DNA from: Octopus vulgaris | Lineage: Eukaryota | Assembly (NCBI GenBank): GCA_951406725.2 | Contig: OX597832.1 | Location: forward strand, 7,378,001-7,442,000 | Length of the DNA stretch: 64,000 nucleotides | Direction: 5' to 3' | Part shown: positions 40,661-55,809 of the stretch, in pieces | How positions within the stretch are numbered: position 1 is the stretch's first letter | Layout: every line of letters starts with the position of its first letter | Notes under the pieces: model-generated | Database searches by the model: none | Told to the model about the DNA's origin: nothing | The model's input: only the letters and a program-made list of their open reading frames with translations | Translations under genes and position numbers: made by a program

Positions 40661-42555
40661 CAGTAGTATTTATATCCGCAGTATACGTAGTGGTAGTGAC
40701 AATAATGATGATGGTACTAAGTGTACTATAATAGACTACAGTAGAATGAATGTCACGGTCGTCTCTATTCGCACTACAGCACGAACTACAGCGGTATTAT
40801 GTCCTCAATGTCAGTGATGTTGTAGTGGCGGTGGTAGTATGTGTACTGCAATACGTACTACAACATCAATGTCAGTATGTAACGGTGATGATGATGTAAC
40901 GGTGATGATGATGATGATGATCGTAGTATTAGTACTAGAACCTACTGCAGCTGTTTTATATGAGAGTAGTCGTGTGAAGATAATGGTACTTATATTTTCG
41001 ATGTTCGTAGTGTCCGCCATATTTATTTGCTTGGCTAACGGCTAGAAGTTACTACTTATATCATAACATTGATTTGGCTGTAAAACCAGACGACCTAGAA
41101 ACTTGACTTCCGATAGAAAAAGATGCTGATGCTGATGACGATGACGATTTTCCAACTACTATGAAGTAGAAGGAGAAGAAATGAGAAGAAAATAAAAGAA
41201 GAAAAAAAACAAACAAACGACGATAATTGAAATAAATAAATAAATAAATACAAGCCCAGAAATATAAGAACTGTAGAAAAAAAGGAAGAGATGAAATCCT
41301 TCACCACCTACCCAGTCGAAATGAACATTAAGATAAAGAAATAGATAGCCATGTGTGCTTACGTGTGTGTGTGTGTGTGTGTATATGTGCATGTGCGTAT
41401 GTGTGGGGGGTGTGTGTATGTGTGTGCGTGTTTGTACGCGCAAGGTTGTGCGTGTAAGTATGTTTGAGGTTACGAAGAACGTTAATCAACGATTGATGTA
41501 GGTATGGCCGTGTGATTATGATGATTGCTTCGAGCGTAGGTCAATGCTTCAATCGATTGAGCGGAATCTTTGGCACATATCTGCTATAGGTATCGGTTGA
41601 CCAGCGGGCTGTGGAGTAGAATTTGGAAGACGAGGTCTGGGTGGAACTCCATCGCATGCATACACAAACATATGCGTGTATTTGTATGAGTACGACATGT
41701 GTCTACGTCGGTGTCTCCGTCTTTGTTACATTTGCTTTTGTATATGCAGTGTTTCCTTAACAGTTCGAAAATTAAGAAAACCGGAAAAATAGCTACCAAT
41801 CACTTATGTGAACTGGGGTCGATATGATTAACTAAAACCTCTTGACGATGGTGCCCCAGTATAGCTGTAGTTCAATGATCGAAACAAACGAAAAATACTC
41901 AATACAAATGTTGAGTTATGTACACACACACGCGCACGCATATATACTATACTATTATTCAGATATTAAAGATAACACATCATTACTTTTAAGTTTCAAA
42001 CTGAGGTAAAATAATCTTCAGAGGATTAAAATATCGTGTTCTTCAGATAAGCAAGGCGTATTATGAAAAACCTTCCAGTGTTAATGCTGGGTTAGAAATG
42101 TAAGTGTTCTCACTGATGACATGTAAATAATGATAAGAGTGCAACGTTCCCCTTAGGTAAACATGAAATCATACAATGTAAAGATATATACTATATATAT
42201 GTATATATGTGTGTATGTGTGTGTGTGTGTAAATACTGAATTATAGACAGGAAAAATAGCAAATGGACAATAGGAATTTATGAGAGAATATTCAGTTTTG
42301 ACTGATAAACTGAGTTCAGGAAGTAAATTGACATGTAAGGTCAATGGAGAAAAATAAATAAAAGCAATGATCAGTATTGTGATGTATAGAGTTTGTAGAA
42401 GGTGTGAGGTTGTGAAATGAAGAGTATGTACGTCTTATATCTCCATCCATCCATCCATCCATCCATCCATCCATCCATCCATCTATCCATCCATCCATCC
42501 ATCCATCCATGAATCCATCCATCTATCCAGCCATCTATACCGCCAGCTTCTATAT

Positions 42556-42860
42556 CTAGACTATGAATTCACATTCATTCCAATAATAATTGGAACGCTA
42601 GGTTTTGTTAGTAAATGCTTCAAGGAGAATCTGGATAAACTGGGATTTTCAGAAAGAGGAATCGATCCGCTAATTCGTACACTACAAGTGCAATCAATGA
42701 GTGGAACAGCAAAAATATGCAAGACTTTTCTCAAGTTCCAAATGGGAATTTGTTTCTTTTAATTACACCACAAAGATGGAGCCTTGTATCTTTGTTGGAA
42801 ACCGGCTCCCTCCTCAGTGGAAGATTTATGATAATTAAAAAACAGAAGAGACACACACAC
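42556..42860 (+). pseudogene. R4-clade non-LTR retrotransposon 3' remnant (second family)
   Basis: [30 protein letters not shown]...[19 protein letters not shown]; lies between (TCCA)n and (TACA)n. Confidence 0.65.
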
Positions 42861-43164
42861 ATACTTACATACATACATACATACATACAAACATAAAGAC
42901 AAACAGACATACATATATACACACACATACATATGTATAATATATAATGTATATATAATATATAGTATATACGTATGTACATATATATGTCTATATATGT
43001 GTGTTTGTGTATGTGTGTGTGTGTGGTGTGTATGAGTGTGTGTGCATGTACGCGCGCGCGTGTTTACATCATAAGAATTTAGAAATTTCGTGTGAGGTGA
43101 AATAATTTATTTTTTAACTGTTGAACTTGAAGTAGATGGAGCCATAAATAAATGTCAGTAAACT

Positions 43165-43385
43165 AAATCCCTCATCAACATTTAAGTTTAATTTGTCAAA
43201 ATATTTTCGTTGCTTTAAGAGCGCGACCTGTTCATTGACAAATTAAACTTAAATGTTGAAGTGAATCGAACGGCTTTTGTGTGTTTCTTAAATGGCTTAC
43301 AAACACCTTCCACGCTGCAATTGGTTTCGTTTCAGCACACGATCTCAGATCAAATCACTTGGTATGCAAATACATCTCCGTAAAT
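43165..43385. mobile_element. Second copy of the 35754-36012 element
   Basis: Shared sequence gtgtgtttcttaaatggctt..aaacaccttccacgctgcaattg..tacatctccgta; ends at (TA)n. Confidence 0.7.
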
Positions 43386-43395
43386 CCCTCATATT

Positions 43396-43476
<81 letters not shown>

Positions 43477-43612
43477 CACACATATATATATGCATATATA
43501 TACAAATACATATATGCATATATATACAAATACATATATACATATACACATTTACACATATATATATACATATTTATAAACACACACATATATATACATA
43601 TATATGTACACA

Positions 43613-43680
<68 letters not shown>

Positions 43681-43765
43681 CAGGTCGTAGTCGACTTACG
43701 ACTACAATTGCCTCCGACTGACTGTTCGTAAGTAGATTTGGTCGTAAGTCGGCCTATAGGCCCAA
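43681..43765 (+). mobile_element. pogo/Tigger-like terminal fragment
   Basis: ta|caggtcgtagtcgacttacgac...gtcgtaagtcg, typical of Tigger-type ends. Confidence 0.55.
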
Positions 43766-44874
43766 ATAGCTTTGTTTTATATTTTTACATTCTTGAGGTA
43801 CATTCTCAGGTAAAAGTCACTCACAACATTCTGTATTATACTATTATACTGGCATTAGTAAAAAAAAAAGAAGCAGTCTTCTTAAAAACAAATACGAGGT
43901 TGCCTCGATGTCTCAGCGACAGGATAGCCATCCAACACACTGGCGATTGATAACCAAGACTAGTGGGAGAGTTTGTTAGCTGACATCATCCGTAGATGGG
44001 TTAATTTGTCAGAAATTAAAACCATTAGATTTCAACTAGACTATTTATTATTTATTATTGCACTTTAGTCTCTTCCATCACTCACCCCTATTAACTATTT
44101 CTCTTTTATGCTTCGGATTCTAGGGGTCATCAAAAATAGTTCTGGTTAGCTGCATTATGACCCTTCAAACGCTACTCATGTGGTTTATTGCATATGTCCA
44201 TCGCACTTCTCCTACCACTCACAACAATACCTTTCTTTACTCATCATCAACATCATTAACGTCGTTTGTGTTCCAAGCGCTTCTTCGGCAGAGGGTATCG
44301 CTAGTAATTTTATTATTATCTTTTATATTATAGCTATTTCTATTCTCATTTTTAATATCAATATCGTTACCTTTATTACTACTATTAACAGTAATTGTAG
44401 TAGTAGTATTGCTATCATTTTCTTCTTATTATTGCGGTCGTTGTTGTGATTGTTTTTACTATCATCCTTCCTTTTCTCTTTGCAATTTTCTTTATTTTAT
44501 CACTAAATATTCATAGTTCTACACTAAACTTGCTATTCACAGGTCCATTGTAATTAGATACAGGAGGTTGTTGGATCACTCGTTAATATTCACATCACCC
44601 TTTTTATTCTTCCAAACTATTCGTTTTCGCGTTCTCTTTCTTCTTCTTCTCCTTCCACCTTTCCTCTACTCCTTCACTCGTTCTTCTTCGTCTTCCCCTT
44701 CTTTTCCTCCTCCTCCTCCCTCTCGTCCCCTTCCTCCTCCTCCCTCTCCCTCTCGTCCTCCTCCCTCTCCTTCTCCTCCTCTCCTCCTCTCCTTCTCCTC
44801 CTCTCCTTCTCCTCCTCTCCTCCCCCTCCCCTCCACACCCTCGTCGTTGTTGTTGTTGAGAGAAAAATACAATG

Positions 44875-44922
<48 letters not shown>

Positions 44923-44968
44923 AGATGCGGGAATTATATGTATATAATATAATACATATAGTTATATG

Positions 44969-45342
44969 AGTGGCGGTGCAATGGCCCAGTAGTCGTAGAA
45001 AGGCGGTTTCGATTCCCAGACCGGGTGTTGTGAGTGTTTATTGAGCGAAAACATCTAAAGCTCCACGAGGCTTCGGCAGTGGGGTGGCGAACCCTGCCGT
45101 ACTCTTTCACCACAACTTTCTCTCACTCTTTCTTCCTGTTTCTGTTGTACCTGTATTTCAAAGGGCCAGCTTTGTCACACTCTGTGTCACGCTGAAATAA
45201 AGAAATCACTCTGTGTCACGCTGAATCTCCTCGAGAACTACATTGTGGAGTGCTCAGCCACTTGCACGTTAATTTCACGAGTAGGCTGCTCCGTTGATTG
45301 GATCAACTGGAATCCTCGTCGTCGCAACCGACGGAGTGCCAC
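44969..45342 (+). mobile_element. SINE family C (head C1, RTE-type tail)
   Basis: Matches 50205-50595 in reverse. Confidence 0.85.
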
Positions 45343-45463
45343 GAGTTATATCTATATATGGTTGTTAGTGTGTGTATGTGTATGTCTTTAAAGTATAAAC
45401 ACAACACAGACTTCAAAAAAGCTTTTCACTATAATTATAGGTGGTCGTTGATGCTGAGAGAGA

Positions 45464-45600
<137 letters not shown>

Positions 45601-47398
45601 TGTGAAAGATAGAATTATAATTTGTTTCAAGAAGGAAAAAGGTTGTTTTTGCTGAGAGAGAAATACAGTGAGAGAATGTGTGTATGTGAAAGACAGACAA
45701 ATCGGTAGAATTGTCACCATAGTAACTAACGAGTCTTTCACTATTTAACACTTTATTTTTAACTGGCCTTACCGTACGAGGCACATAAATAATTTTAGTA
45801 ATAACATCCGTTTTATCGTCACGCACGGCCAGCCAGAGCATATAAGGCGAGATACTGTTCAATGAATATACTCATTCCGTAGAATACGTAAAAAAATGTA
45901 TTTTAAATAAATGCTATTGTTCAACAGTTTTCAAAATGTTATTAATCTTCACTGAGAAAGTCAATCTAAACATTATTTGAAGAATTTATGAAGGTATGTG
46001 CACGATTAAGAAATACTTTTACCGGTACCATAGCGACGGATAACGACTCAGTATAGCACAGCAACAATAGTGCTGTTCAAGAATTTGGACCTGGAGATCT
46101 CCATTTCCAGCGACTTCGAGGGCCACCTCCCAGTGGTGTCGGGCGTCAACGAAGAGCCTTCGACTACAACAAGACGACCAAAGTTTTTTTTTCCAAGGTC
46201 TGGGGTCTCCCGCCCCGAAGCCCTAGACCATCATTTAATCACCCTTACCCATCTTGTTGCTTAACAACAACAACAACAGTTGGAAGTATCGCTAAAGCTA
46301 TCATAGTGTTTTGCAGTATTTAAATGCAGTTCTTTACGGTCTGAGATTAAATCTCCCTTGTGGTTAACTTTGCCTTCCAATTTTCCGAGTGACGGAGAAG
46401 TTGATAAAATAGAATACATATCAAGCACTGTGGTCATTTTAATACTCCTATGATATATCTTAGAAATGAATGGAATTATGATAGAGGTAAAAAAAGCGAA
46501 AAACAAAAACAACAACAATATCAAAATAAGACAACGACAACGGCTTCAAAGAGTAATCAATATTCATCACTAACTAACTTTACATTCTGCTATAAACCAC
46601 TTCAGATCTGAAACAAATATTTTTGTGTTGTCATTCTGGTGTATATAAATTACATAGCCCGCCGCATTTGATAGCCAAACAGAGCTGTAAATGTTAGTAT
46701 TATTATGGTTGAGTATCATCCACTATCTGCTCTGTTCTTAAAAGCTGTTAGTAGTCGGGTGGTGATTATTTGAATACAAATCTCTATAGAATCACTTAAA
46801 AATATTTGAACTTACTTTGATGACACAAGTCCAAACAAGTGTTGTTGTCGCGGTTCATTAATTTCTGCTGCTGTCATTTCTGTGTTAATACACAAACACG
46901 CTTACAGGAACTCTTCCTCTCTCTCTTGCTCTCTCTCTCTCTCTCTCACACAGCACACGCACTCACACACGCACATACACATACATATACGCATACACAC
47001 GTGCACACACAGAGACATATAAATGCATACACACATAATATTTATGCATGTATATATATACTTAAACACGCAATCATATGTTTATCAACACATATGTAAA
47101 TACATACACGCATAATATTTATGTATGTGTATTCAAGTCACACTATATGGATTCAAGTAATTTAATAGTACTCATAAAAAAGCTCAGTACGATACAAGTG
47201 AAAGCGATAAGGAGTGTATGAAGTCATAATTGACAGAGAAATAAGTTGAAATTTTATTTAACCATAAGAAAATTCAAATATCGTGACAAATTGTTTCGTA
47301 ACTTAAGGACATGAGGACGTAGTTTAAATTCTGTATTATTTTGAAAGCTCTTTTGCATTTTCAGTAATTTATTATTAAATCTCTCTCTCTCTATCTAC

Positions 47399-47487
<89 letters not shown>

Positions 47488-47488
<1 letters not shown>

Positions 47489-47740
47489 ATAGACATGACA
47501 GAAGTAAATAGACACCCTTGTAATCGTAAAAATTTATTTAAATCTGAAATTATACATTCAAGTTATTTATTAATTATTATAATGTGAATATCTAATATTC
47601 AGTAGTCATACCCTTTGCATTTTTGAATGCAAGGACCCTATTTGTCATGCTACTGATCAGATGAATATTCTCTTGAGGAATTTCTTGCCTAGTTTCATTT
47701 AGCAATCTCAAAAGATTTGGCTTTGAGTGTGATTTCGGTT
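47488..47740 (-). pseudogene. Tc1-family transposon 3' end
   Basis: LISSMTNRVLAFKNAKGMTTEY* resembles the Tc1 C-terminus (SMPRRC.AVI.AKG..TKY); TIR-like end after TA. Confidence 0.65.
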
Positions 47741-47743
47741 AAT

Positions 47744-47870
47744 CAGATCCATTCACAAGGCTTGGTCGGCTTGGCGCTATAGTAGAAGATTCTCACCCGA
47801 GGTACCATGCCGTCGGACCGAACTTGGAACTATGCGGTTGAGAAGAAATTTCTTACCACACGGCCACGCT
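47744..47870 (-). mobile_element. SINE B head fragment
   Basis: Degenerate match to the family B 5' part. Confidence 0.65.
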
Positions 47871-48049
47871 TATTTTATTATTATTTTTTGTAAATTATTT
47901 TTCATGTATCGCTTTTAATCCGCCAAAGTGTTCTGAAACAATACCGTTTGTAGATCCATTAAGGTTTCAGTGACATTAAGGTCTCATCATCAGAATAATA
48001 TGATAGTAATAGTAGCGTGTTGTTTGTGCGCTTTACAGTAGGTTGTAAA

Positions 48050-48570
48050 AGATTATGGAAGTACTGTTAAAACTGATAAATCGATAACATCATATTGAAA
48101 AACTATACAATAGTTAGGTTCTGATAGATTTCCATTATTCTTTTGCATCAGATGACTCTGTACATCCATAGTTATTTTGAGAAATTCTATATAAAATTGT
48201 AATGTTATCTACTAATGTTTCTCCAAGTAATTCTATTTCGTCTTAAATGAGTCATGACGGTTTCTTGCTTTAAATGCATTGTCAACAGATGAAGAAGTGT
48301 CTTTTATATGTTCCCTTTCTTATGCTGTATATTCCCAGTGTCTTTTTTACATCAGAGAAACCCTATTTCTAAGCACCTGATTATAATATCCAGCTGCATC
48401 CATAAAAGCATCTTCATCAGAAGATAATGAGGATATCCGTTTATTAATATTGTTAACCAAGTTCCTAAACATACACGTGGATGATTCGATTTTCTATGTA
48501 TATATACTAACATCTTATATGGTTTATGGTATGGTCTGAAACTATCATTGTCTACGAGAACCAGGAAAGA
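48050..48570 (-). pseudogene. Penelope-like element RT remnants
   Basis: SFRPYHKP..VYIHRKSNHP, NNINKRISSLSSDEDAFMDAAGYYNQVL (RT C-terminal part) and FQYDVID (RT motif A-like). Confidence 0.75.
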
Positions 48571-48869
48571 AATCAGAAGTAGGAGTCTGAAGCAGCCGTT
48601 TTTGCATGTGTCGTTCACAAAGGTATTTAAACGAAAGAACATAAGAATAAGCGTTTTCTTCAAACTTCCATTCGTTATTTAAAAAGAAAATATATTCAGA
48701 TAGTGAATATTCAAAAGAAAACCAGGCCCGGTTTACCAGCTGATGATCGAAAACGAGGAACTCTGAGTATTGGAAATCTGAGCCATTCAGTTATAATGTA
48801 TCAAAACAATACTCTACATGTATTAAGTCCTGTAATTTCATCGCTTCTGATAAATCAACAGATATATAT

Positions 48870-49152
<283 letters not shown>

Positions 49153-49191
49153 TTGATCAAAATAAAATAAAAACATGATGCGAAGGATTCA

Positions 49192-49269
49192 GCGGTACAT
49201 ATGTTTCGGGCCTTTATTAGACAGATTTATAACAATGCATAATGTATGTCTGTGGCCTTCTTCAGCCGC
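49192..49269 (-). ncRNA. Type I hammerhead ribozyme (Penelope-type, minimal palindromic stem III)
   Basis: GCGG CUGAAGA AGGCC-acaga..ucugu-GGCCC GAAAC AUAU GUA CCGC: intact core, stems I, II and III, GUA cleavage triplet. Confidence 0.75.
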
Positions 49270-49666
49270 GCACAACAGCTTCCACAAGGACATGTGTTAC
49301 ATCAAAAATTCTTGGTTGGGGATGCAAATCCTCTCATTCACGTACGACATAATGCGGCAGCAGCATAGAATTGAAGCGTCCATCTCTTTCTTCTCTCAAT
49401 GTAGAATGAGGAAAATTGGATGTTGAGGTAATGTAAATAAATAAATACATATATAGAGGTGAAGATGGAGGGGCGAGAGTTCGGGACGAGGGATAAAAAA
49501 TGTATAAAAAGTGTAAGTATAGAATAATATAAAAATGTAGAGGATAAAGATATAAAGAGTTGTAAGGAGATGTAAAGGGGTATAAAGAAATATAAAGAAA
49601 TATAAATAAATGTAAAGGCATAAGGTTATAAAGTAAAAATAGAAATAGAAATAAAAGTAATATATG

Positions 49667-49699
<33 letters not shown>

Positions 49700-50204
49700 G
49701 TATATATATATGTATATATATATATGTATATATATATATGTATATATATATGTACAACTTATAAATAAGGGCAAACGAAAAAGTTTCTAATGCCAAATAT
49801 GCCGAAAATTGGACATATTGTCCATTTACCATATACTTTTTTTCCCAGTACGCACGCTACTCGAAAAAAGGTCGATGGAAATCTCTAAAAAAATTCCATT
49901 ATTACCATATCGGACCGATTTCAAGGTTAGTTAAAAAAGAACCCTCCCTTCGTCAGTGATACATGTGGCAAAGAAGTAAATGAGATACTTACTCATACCC
50001 ATGGAAGAAGCAAACACTAAGTCATGAGCACAACTAAGTACCCCAAATAAATCCAAAATTTAAAGAAATTCAGTACTATATAAACATTTAATAATATACG
50101 ATAAAAATAAAACAAAGGATAAGAAATTAATAAGGAAAATATACAACGATAATAAATCAAGCCGATAAAAATTAATAGAAAATTAACAAGAAATATATAT
50201 AATG

Positions 50205-50595
50205 GATGGATGGAAGCATTCCGTCGGTTACGACGATGAGGGTTCCGGTTGATCCGACCAACGGAACAGCCTGCTCGTGAAATTAACGTGTAAGTGGCTG
50301 AGCACTCCACAGACACGTGTACCCTTAACGTAGTTCTCGGGGATATTCAGCGTGACACAGAGAGTGACAAGGCCGGCCTTTTGAAATACAGGTACAACAG
50401 AAATAGGAAGTAAGAGTGAGAGAAAGTTGTGGCGAAAGAGTACAGCAGGGATCACCACCATCCCCTGCCGGAGCCTCGTGGAGCTTTTAGGTGTTTTCGC
50501 TCAATAAACACTCACAACGCCCGGTCTGGGAATCGAAACCGCGATCCTACGACCGCGAGTCCGCTGCCCTAACCACTGGGCCATTGCGCCTCCAC
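50205..50595 (-). mobile_element. SINE family C (tRNA-Arg-like head C1, RTE-type tail), full length, possibly octopus OR1/OR2-related
   Basis: Head gtggaggcgcaatggcccagtggttagggcagcggactcgcg; TSD atatatataatg. Confidence 0.9.
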
Positions 50596-51537
50596 ATATA
50601 TATATATAATGACAGATTAAAATTAAAAGCAGGAAAAGATAAAACAAAATAAACTAAAGAGATAATAGGTATACAAATAATGAGGATAGTTCAAGGTATT
50701 CATACCGAAGTAGATTAAGGTATAAATTAAGATGAGGATATCAATGGATGTGGTTTCATAAATTCTAATATGTTACAGGTGCTATTTTGTGTATGATTAT
50801 ATTAGTTTTTAGGGGGTGTAAGATTTAGTCAAAAGAGGCTTACTATCACATAGCACACTACAAATATACTTAATGTGACTGACAGGGTAGAAAGTTATAT
50901 GTATATATATATATATATACAATATATATTATTATTATTATTATAAATTAGGGTATCTACGAGATACCACCATGCTGAAAATAGCAGCCATAATCTGACT
51001 TTAAAACCACCTAAATTGTCCATATATCAACACGGAGAAAAAAAAACAACAAAGAGACAAGATGAAACTAGTTGAAAATTACTGGATAATTCTAGATCCG
51101 GATTTCTGACTTTGCATTTATGAATGCTTTGCCTCGTCAGTAGAATACACACAGAAGATAAACATAAATACATATATATATATATATATACAAATACAAC
51201 ATACGAATACTTACATATACGAAAGTATACCCACATATATATGCACGTATGCATCATCGCCATATATATATATATATATATAGGTGCATTCAAAGCAATA
51301 ATTAGTAAATTTACGAAACCGGTATGCTTTTAAATCTCTTTAACAATTCACAATAATGCATTTTATTACTTTTATTCCTACCTCAGTTCATCAAATTGTA
51401 TATATCTATCGTTACTTTTCATAAAATACCTTTACTTTTTTTGATTTCCAATGTGCATTCTCGCTTATTTTTCCTTATTTTCCCCCTTACATTTCCATGT
51501 GTAGTTTCTAATTTCTTTTTGTAACATATTTCTATTA

Positions 51538-51905
<368 letters not shown>

Positions 51906-52923
51906 TATACACACAACACACACACACACACACACACACACACTCATATGTAATATAATATATATGAGTGCGTGCGTATGTGTGTTTGCGTTATCTGTTG
52001 TCTCGACTCGAGAAATTTCCTTTTGCCAAGCGTCGTATATTAATTGTTTTATGCAATTCTCATCATTCCTGGACTAATTAGGACATTTGTCACTTAACTA
52101 TGCTTAAGAGCCAACAAAATAACCACAGGATATTACATCTGAAAAGAGAAGCAAGAGAATGTAATGACAAAAACAAATATATAAAAGCAGAACCAAAGTA
52201 AACCAGTTAACTGACAGATAACACGGAACCCTGCTTGTTTGCTTGCTTGCATCAGTCAGAGAAAATAGACAAAATTCGTAAGACATGGTCTAAGAGAAGA
52301 AAAACACACAAAAAACGTCGTTGAGTAGGATTTAATTGTTCAATTATCTTACTGTAAGAGCAGATAATTGCGCACAACAATCACAGCTCTCCGTGTTTGT
52401 CATTTCGTTATCGTCCTCTTGTTGCTGCAGCTGTTGTTGAAGTCGTGGACGTGCTGAATGTGTATCAATTATTATATGAAATGAAGTGTAAGTGGTCGGA
52501 TGAAATGCAAGAAACAGCAGGCGAATATTACTGTAATCACACCCAGCCGTCTGTCTTTAAAAAGAGAAGTTAGTGATGAAGAAGAAAATGAATAACTTAT
52601 TTTAAAGTCAAGTTGGAAGAAAGATCATAACGATGAGGAATTGAAACGTGTCTCCCACGCATGAAAATACGCTCGTTTATGTATGCACGAATATACATAC
52701 ACATACTTGCACACATACGTAGATGTGTATGCACACATACACACACACACACACACTTGCATATGCATACTCATGAATACAGATATATGTATATGTTCGT
52801 TTCTACAATTGCGCATCTTTGAACTACCATGTTGATATATTTTATATTTTATGGTTTGTCTAATGCGGTGAGCTGGCAAAGTCGTTAGCACACCGGAGAA
52901 AAATGCTTAACGGCATTTTATGC

Positions 52924-53004
<81 letters not shown>

Positions 53005-53005
<1 letters not shown>

Positions 53006-53252
53006 AATTAATGTAAACAGTAGGTTGCTATGTTTGACCAAAAAAGGAGAATTATAATTGTAACCAAATGTACATAAGTTTATAATTGCAAGAAAATGTG
53101 TATATGTCTGTATGTGCGTTAGCTACAGCATTAGAGCATTTTAGCTCTTATTTCTAGCAATGTAGGTGTGTCTTAACACCCTGTTTACATTTAGTAACAA
53201 ATATAATTCTCCTTTTTGGTGAAACATAGCAAAGTGCTGTCTATATTAATTT
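53005..53252. mobile_element. Fold-back/MITE-like element with inverted arms of about 70 bp
   Basis: gctatgtttgaccaaaaaaggagaattata ... tataattctcctttttggtgaaacatagc. Confidence 0.6.
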
Positions 53253-53629
53253 TGTGTATACACATTAGCAAATTGCTAAATCATCCATTAATTTGGATGA
53301 TGAAAACATATATACTAATAGAGAAACAGATCTGGAGAAAACACTCACACGTCGCCTCACTGCAATAGCAGAACACAGAGAGTAGCAGTTTACCGGTTAT
53401 AAACCTAAGCTCAAGCTAGCGTAGAGCAAGGCATTAGTGGCAGCTTTTGACGGAGGGAGAGTCTATCGTGTCACTGGATGTCTATCACCCCCCGCCACCC
53501 ATAAACTGGAAAACGCCAGCTTGTTGGGAGTTGTCCCGTACAAACCACCTGCTTCAATGGGTGCATAGGGCTTTGGGAGAAATCCGAATTCCATTGCATC
53601 CCGATCAGTCTGAGCACCTTTGAATGTTT

Positions 53630-54900
53630 GGCAATGTTGTAGGAACTAGATACACTGCCAACTGTTGAAGAACCGAGTAATGTTGTTGATCGTCTTCTCA
53701 ATGACAAGGTAGAGGGAATGAGAGCATTTTATCAGAAGCTAACCAGTGAGCAAAGAGCATTCTGTTTCGTCACCTTCACAAACAGCTGTGTCACTTCTAG
53801 AAAGAAGAAGTTGTCCTTTAAGACGTAAGTCACTGCAATACTGTTACTCTGTACAAAAACAAATGCTATAGAATGATAGAAAAAACTACAGAAGAACCTG
53901 CATAGTTGTCAGGAAGACCTTCGTCCTTGTAATCCTCGTAAACGAACATCAGAATATCACTGAAAGAATATAAGAATATACTCCGAATCTCAGTATGGTT
54001 TCAGGTCAGAACACAGTTGACATGATCTTATCTTTATTACAGTTAAAGAAAATGGAAAGAGCAACGATAGTCACTCTACGTCATTTCCATTGACTTCAAG
54101 AAAGCCTTCAACTTTGTGAACAGAGATAACCTGTTGAAAATTCTTGCCAAGATAGCATGCCCTCTGTAGTTAATCAGGATTGTTTAAACACATGATAGGT
54201 GTCATTGAATTTGATAGGTTCTTTCTAGAAACCCTTCAGTACTCGTTCTGTAGTAAAACAGGGCAGCATAGTCCCTGCATCTTGTTTGGCATTTTCTTCA
54301 CTGCCATGGTCAAGCACGCCTATAGAACGTCAAATATAGAACGCCTATAGAACGTCTTCTATAGAAGATCAAATACAAAACTATTCACTCTGTCTCGACT
54401 GAGGTCGAAAGCCAAAGTATACGAAGTACTGGTCAGAAAGATGCAATTTGCAGATGAGGCACAGGCAACACACTCAAAGGAGCAACTGCAAGACTTCATG
54501 AACCTCCTCACAACAACTTGTCAGTTTTTCACACTGACAAGCTACCTGAAGAAAACAGAAACGCTTGGCTACGATATTGAACAGTGTTCTACCGTCACCA
54601 TTAACACTTCTGCGTCAGAGGTAGCAGTCAAGAGTTTACATACCTCGGATCCGTTATCACGGACAGCCTTTTCCTTTCCTTGAGTTTACAATATAAAAAC
54701 GTAAAGGAAGAGTTACTTAAACGTTCACAAGATTGACAACGAGAGCCTGGAAATCAGACGGTTACGGCACAAACCATAGTTGCTGTCTTCAGAAAATGTG
54801 ACTGCGCTATTGCGGTGATATCTGGATTACCCATACCAGACAGCGTCTCAGTACCTTTCACCTACTCAGTCTGAGAGGGATTCTGAACAAATGGGAACTG
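53630..54900 (+). pseudogene. Decayed RTE-clade LINE RT region (53330-53630 may be its 5' UTR)
   Basis: ELDTLPTVEE, VTLYKNK, SESQYGFRSE, IDFKKAF, VKQG, QFADE; many stops and frameshifts. Confidence 0.8.
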
Positions 54901-55505
54901 TATAGACGCCTTTCGGGTAGATTGTACTGGCAATTCTAGAGGTACAAGCCTTGTCTTCCCCTGTATCAAGCTGATTCTATCTGAGAAGTACGTTAAAGGT
55001 ACACATATCTATGAAATTTTCAAACTGCACATTATTTCAGTATCGGATAAGTAAGTTGATCAAAGAACTGAATACTTATCCCGAAACGACGGATATCTAC
55101 CGTCATATATATAAAATATATTGGTAATACTACCTTTGCTGAAACTTGCTACATTTACATCCGGAAGTAATATCGAAGAAAATAACAGCTTTCTCAGAAG
55201 CCAAGAAAAAATAATAATATATAGAGAAAAAAAGAAAAATAGTTCAATAAGAAATAAGCTAAAGAGTACGCGACATTTGCAAGACAGTCGCACGTTGTTG
55301 AATCGAGGATAATTGCAAGAAACATCGCATATATGTTAGATTGGCGACAGTTACTCTATCTTCAAATATCTTCCAACAGAAATGGCGTTTCCTCAGACAG
55401 TTCTGTCCAATTTTTTTGTATTTATGTTTGCTTTAAGCATATCAGTTATGTCCAGATAGAAATATATAAGAATGTTATATTAAACGACTGTTTGATATGC
55501 ATGCA

Positions 55506-55592
<87 letters not shown>

Positions 55593-55655
55593 TATATATA
55601 TTTATATGTATATATATATGCATATATGTATGTATATATACAGACATGTATATAC

Positions 55656-55721
<66 letters not shown>

Positions 55722-55765
55722 GTATATATGCATATATGTATGTATATTTACACACATGTATATAC

Positions 55766-55809
<44 letters not shown>

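Noticed and set aside
46070-46264. GC-richer 64-aa ORF as a host exon
   Set aside because: No recognisable domain or convincing splice sites; more likely a small retroelement fragment.
50520-50595. tRNA-Arg gene
   Set aside because: tRNA-like A/B boxes continue into a multi-copy SINE body, and the acceptor stem is not intact. The same applies to the other SINE heads.
55035-55110. Hammerhead candidate (ggataagta/tacttatcc stem, GAAAC, gacgg/ccgtc stem)
   Set aside because: No CUGANGA-like core upstream of stem II.
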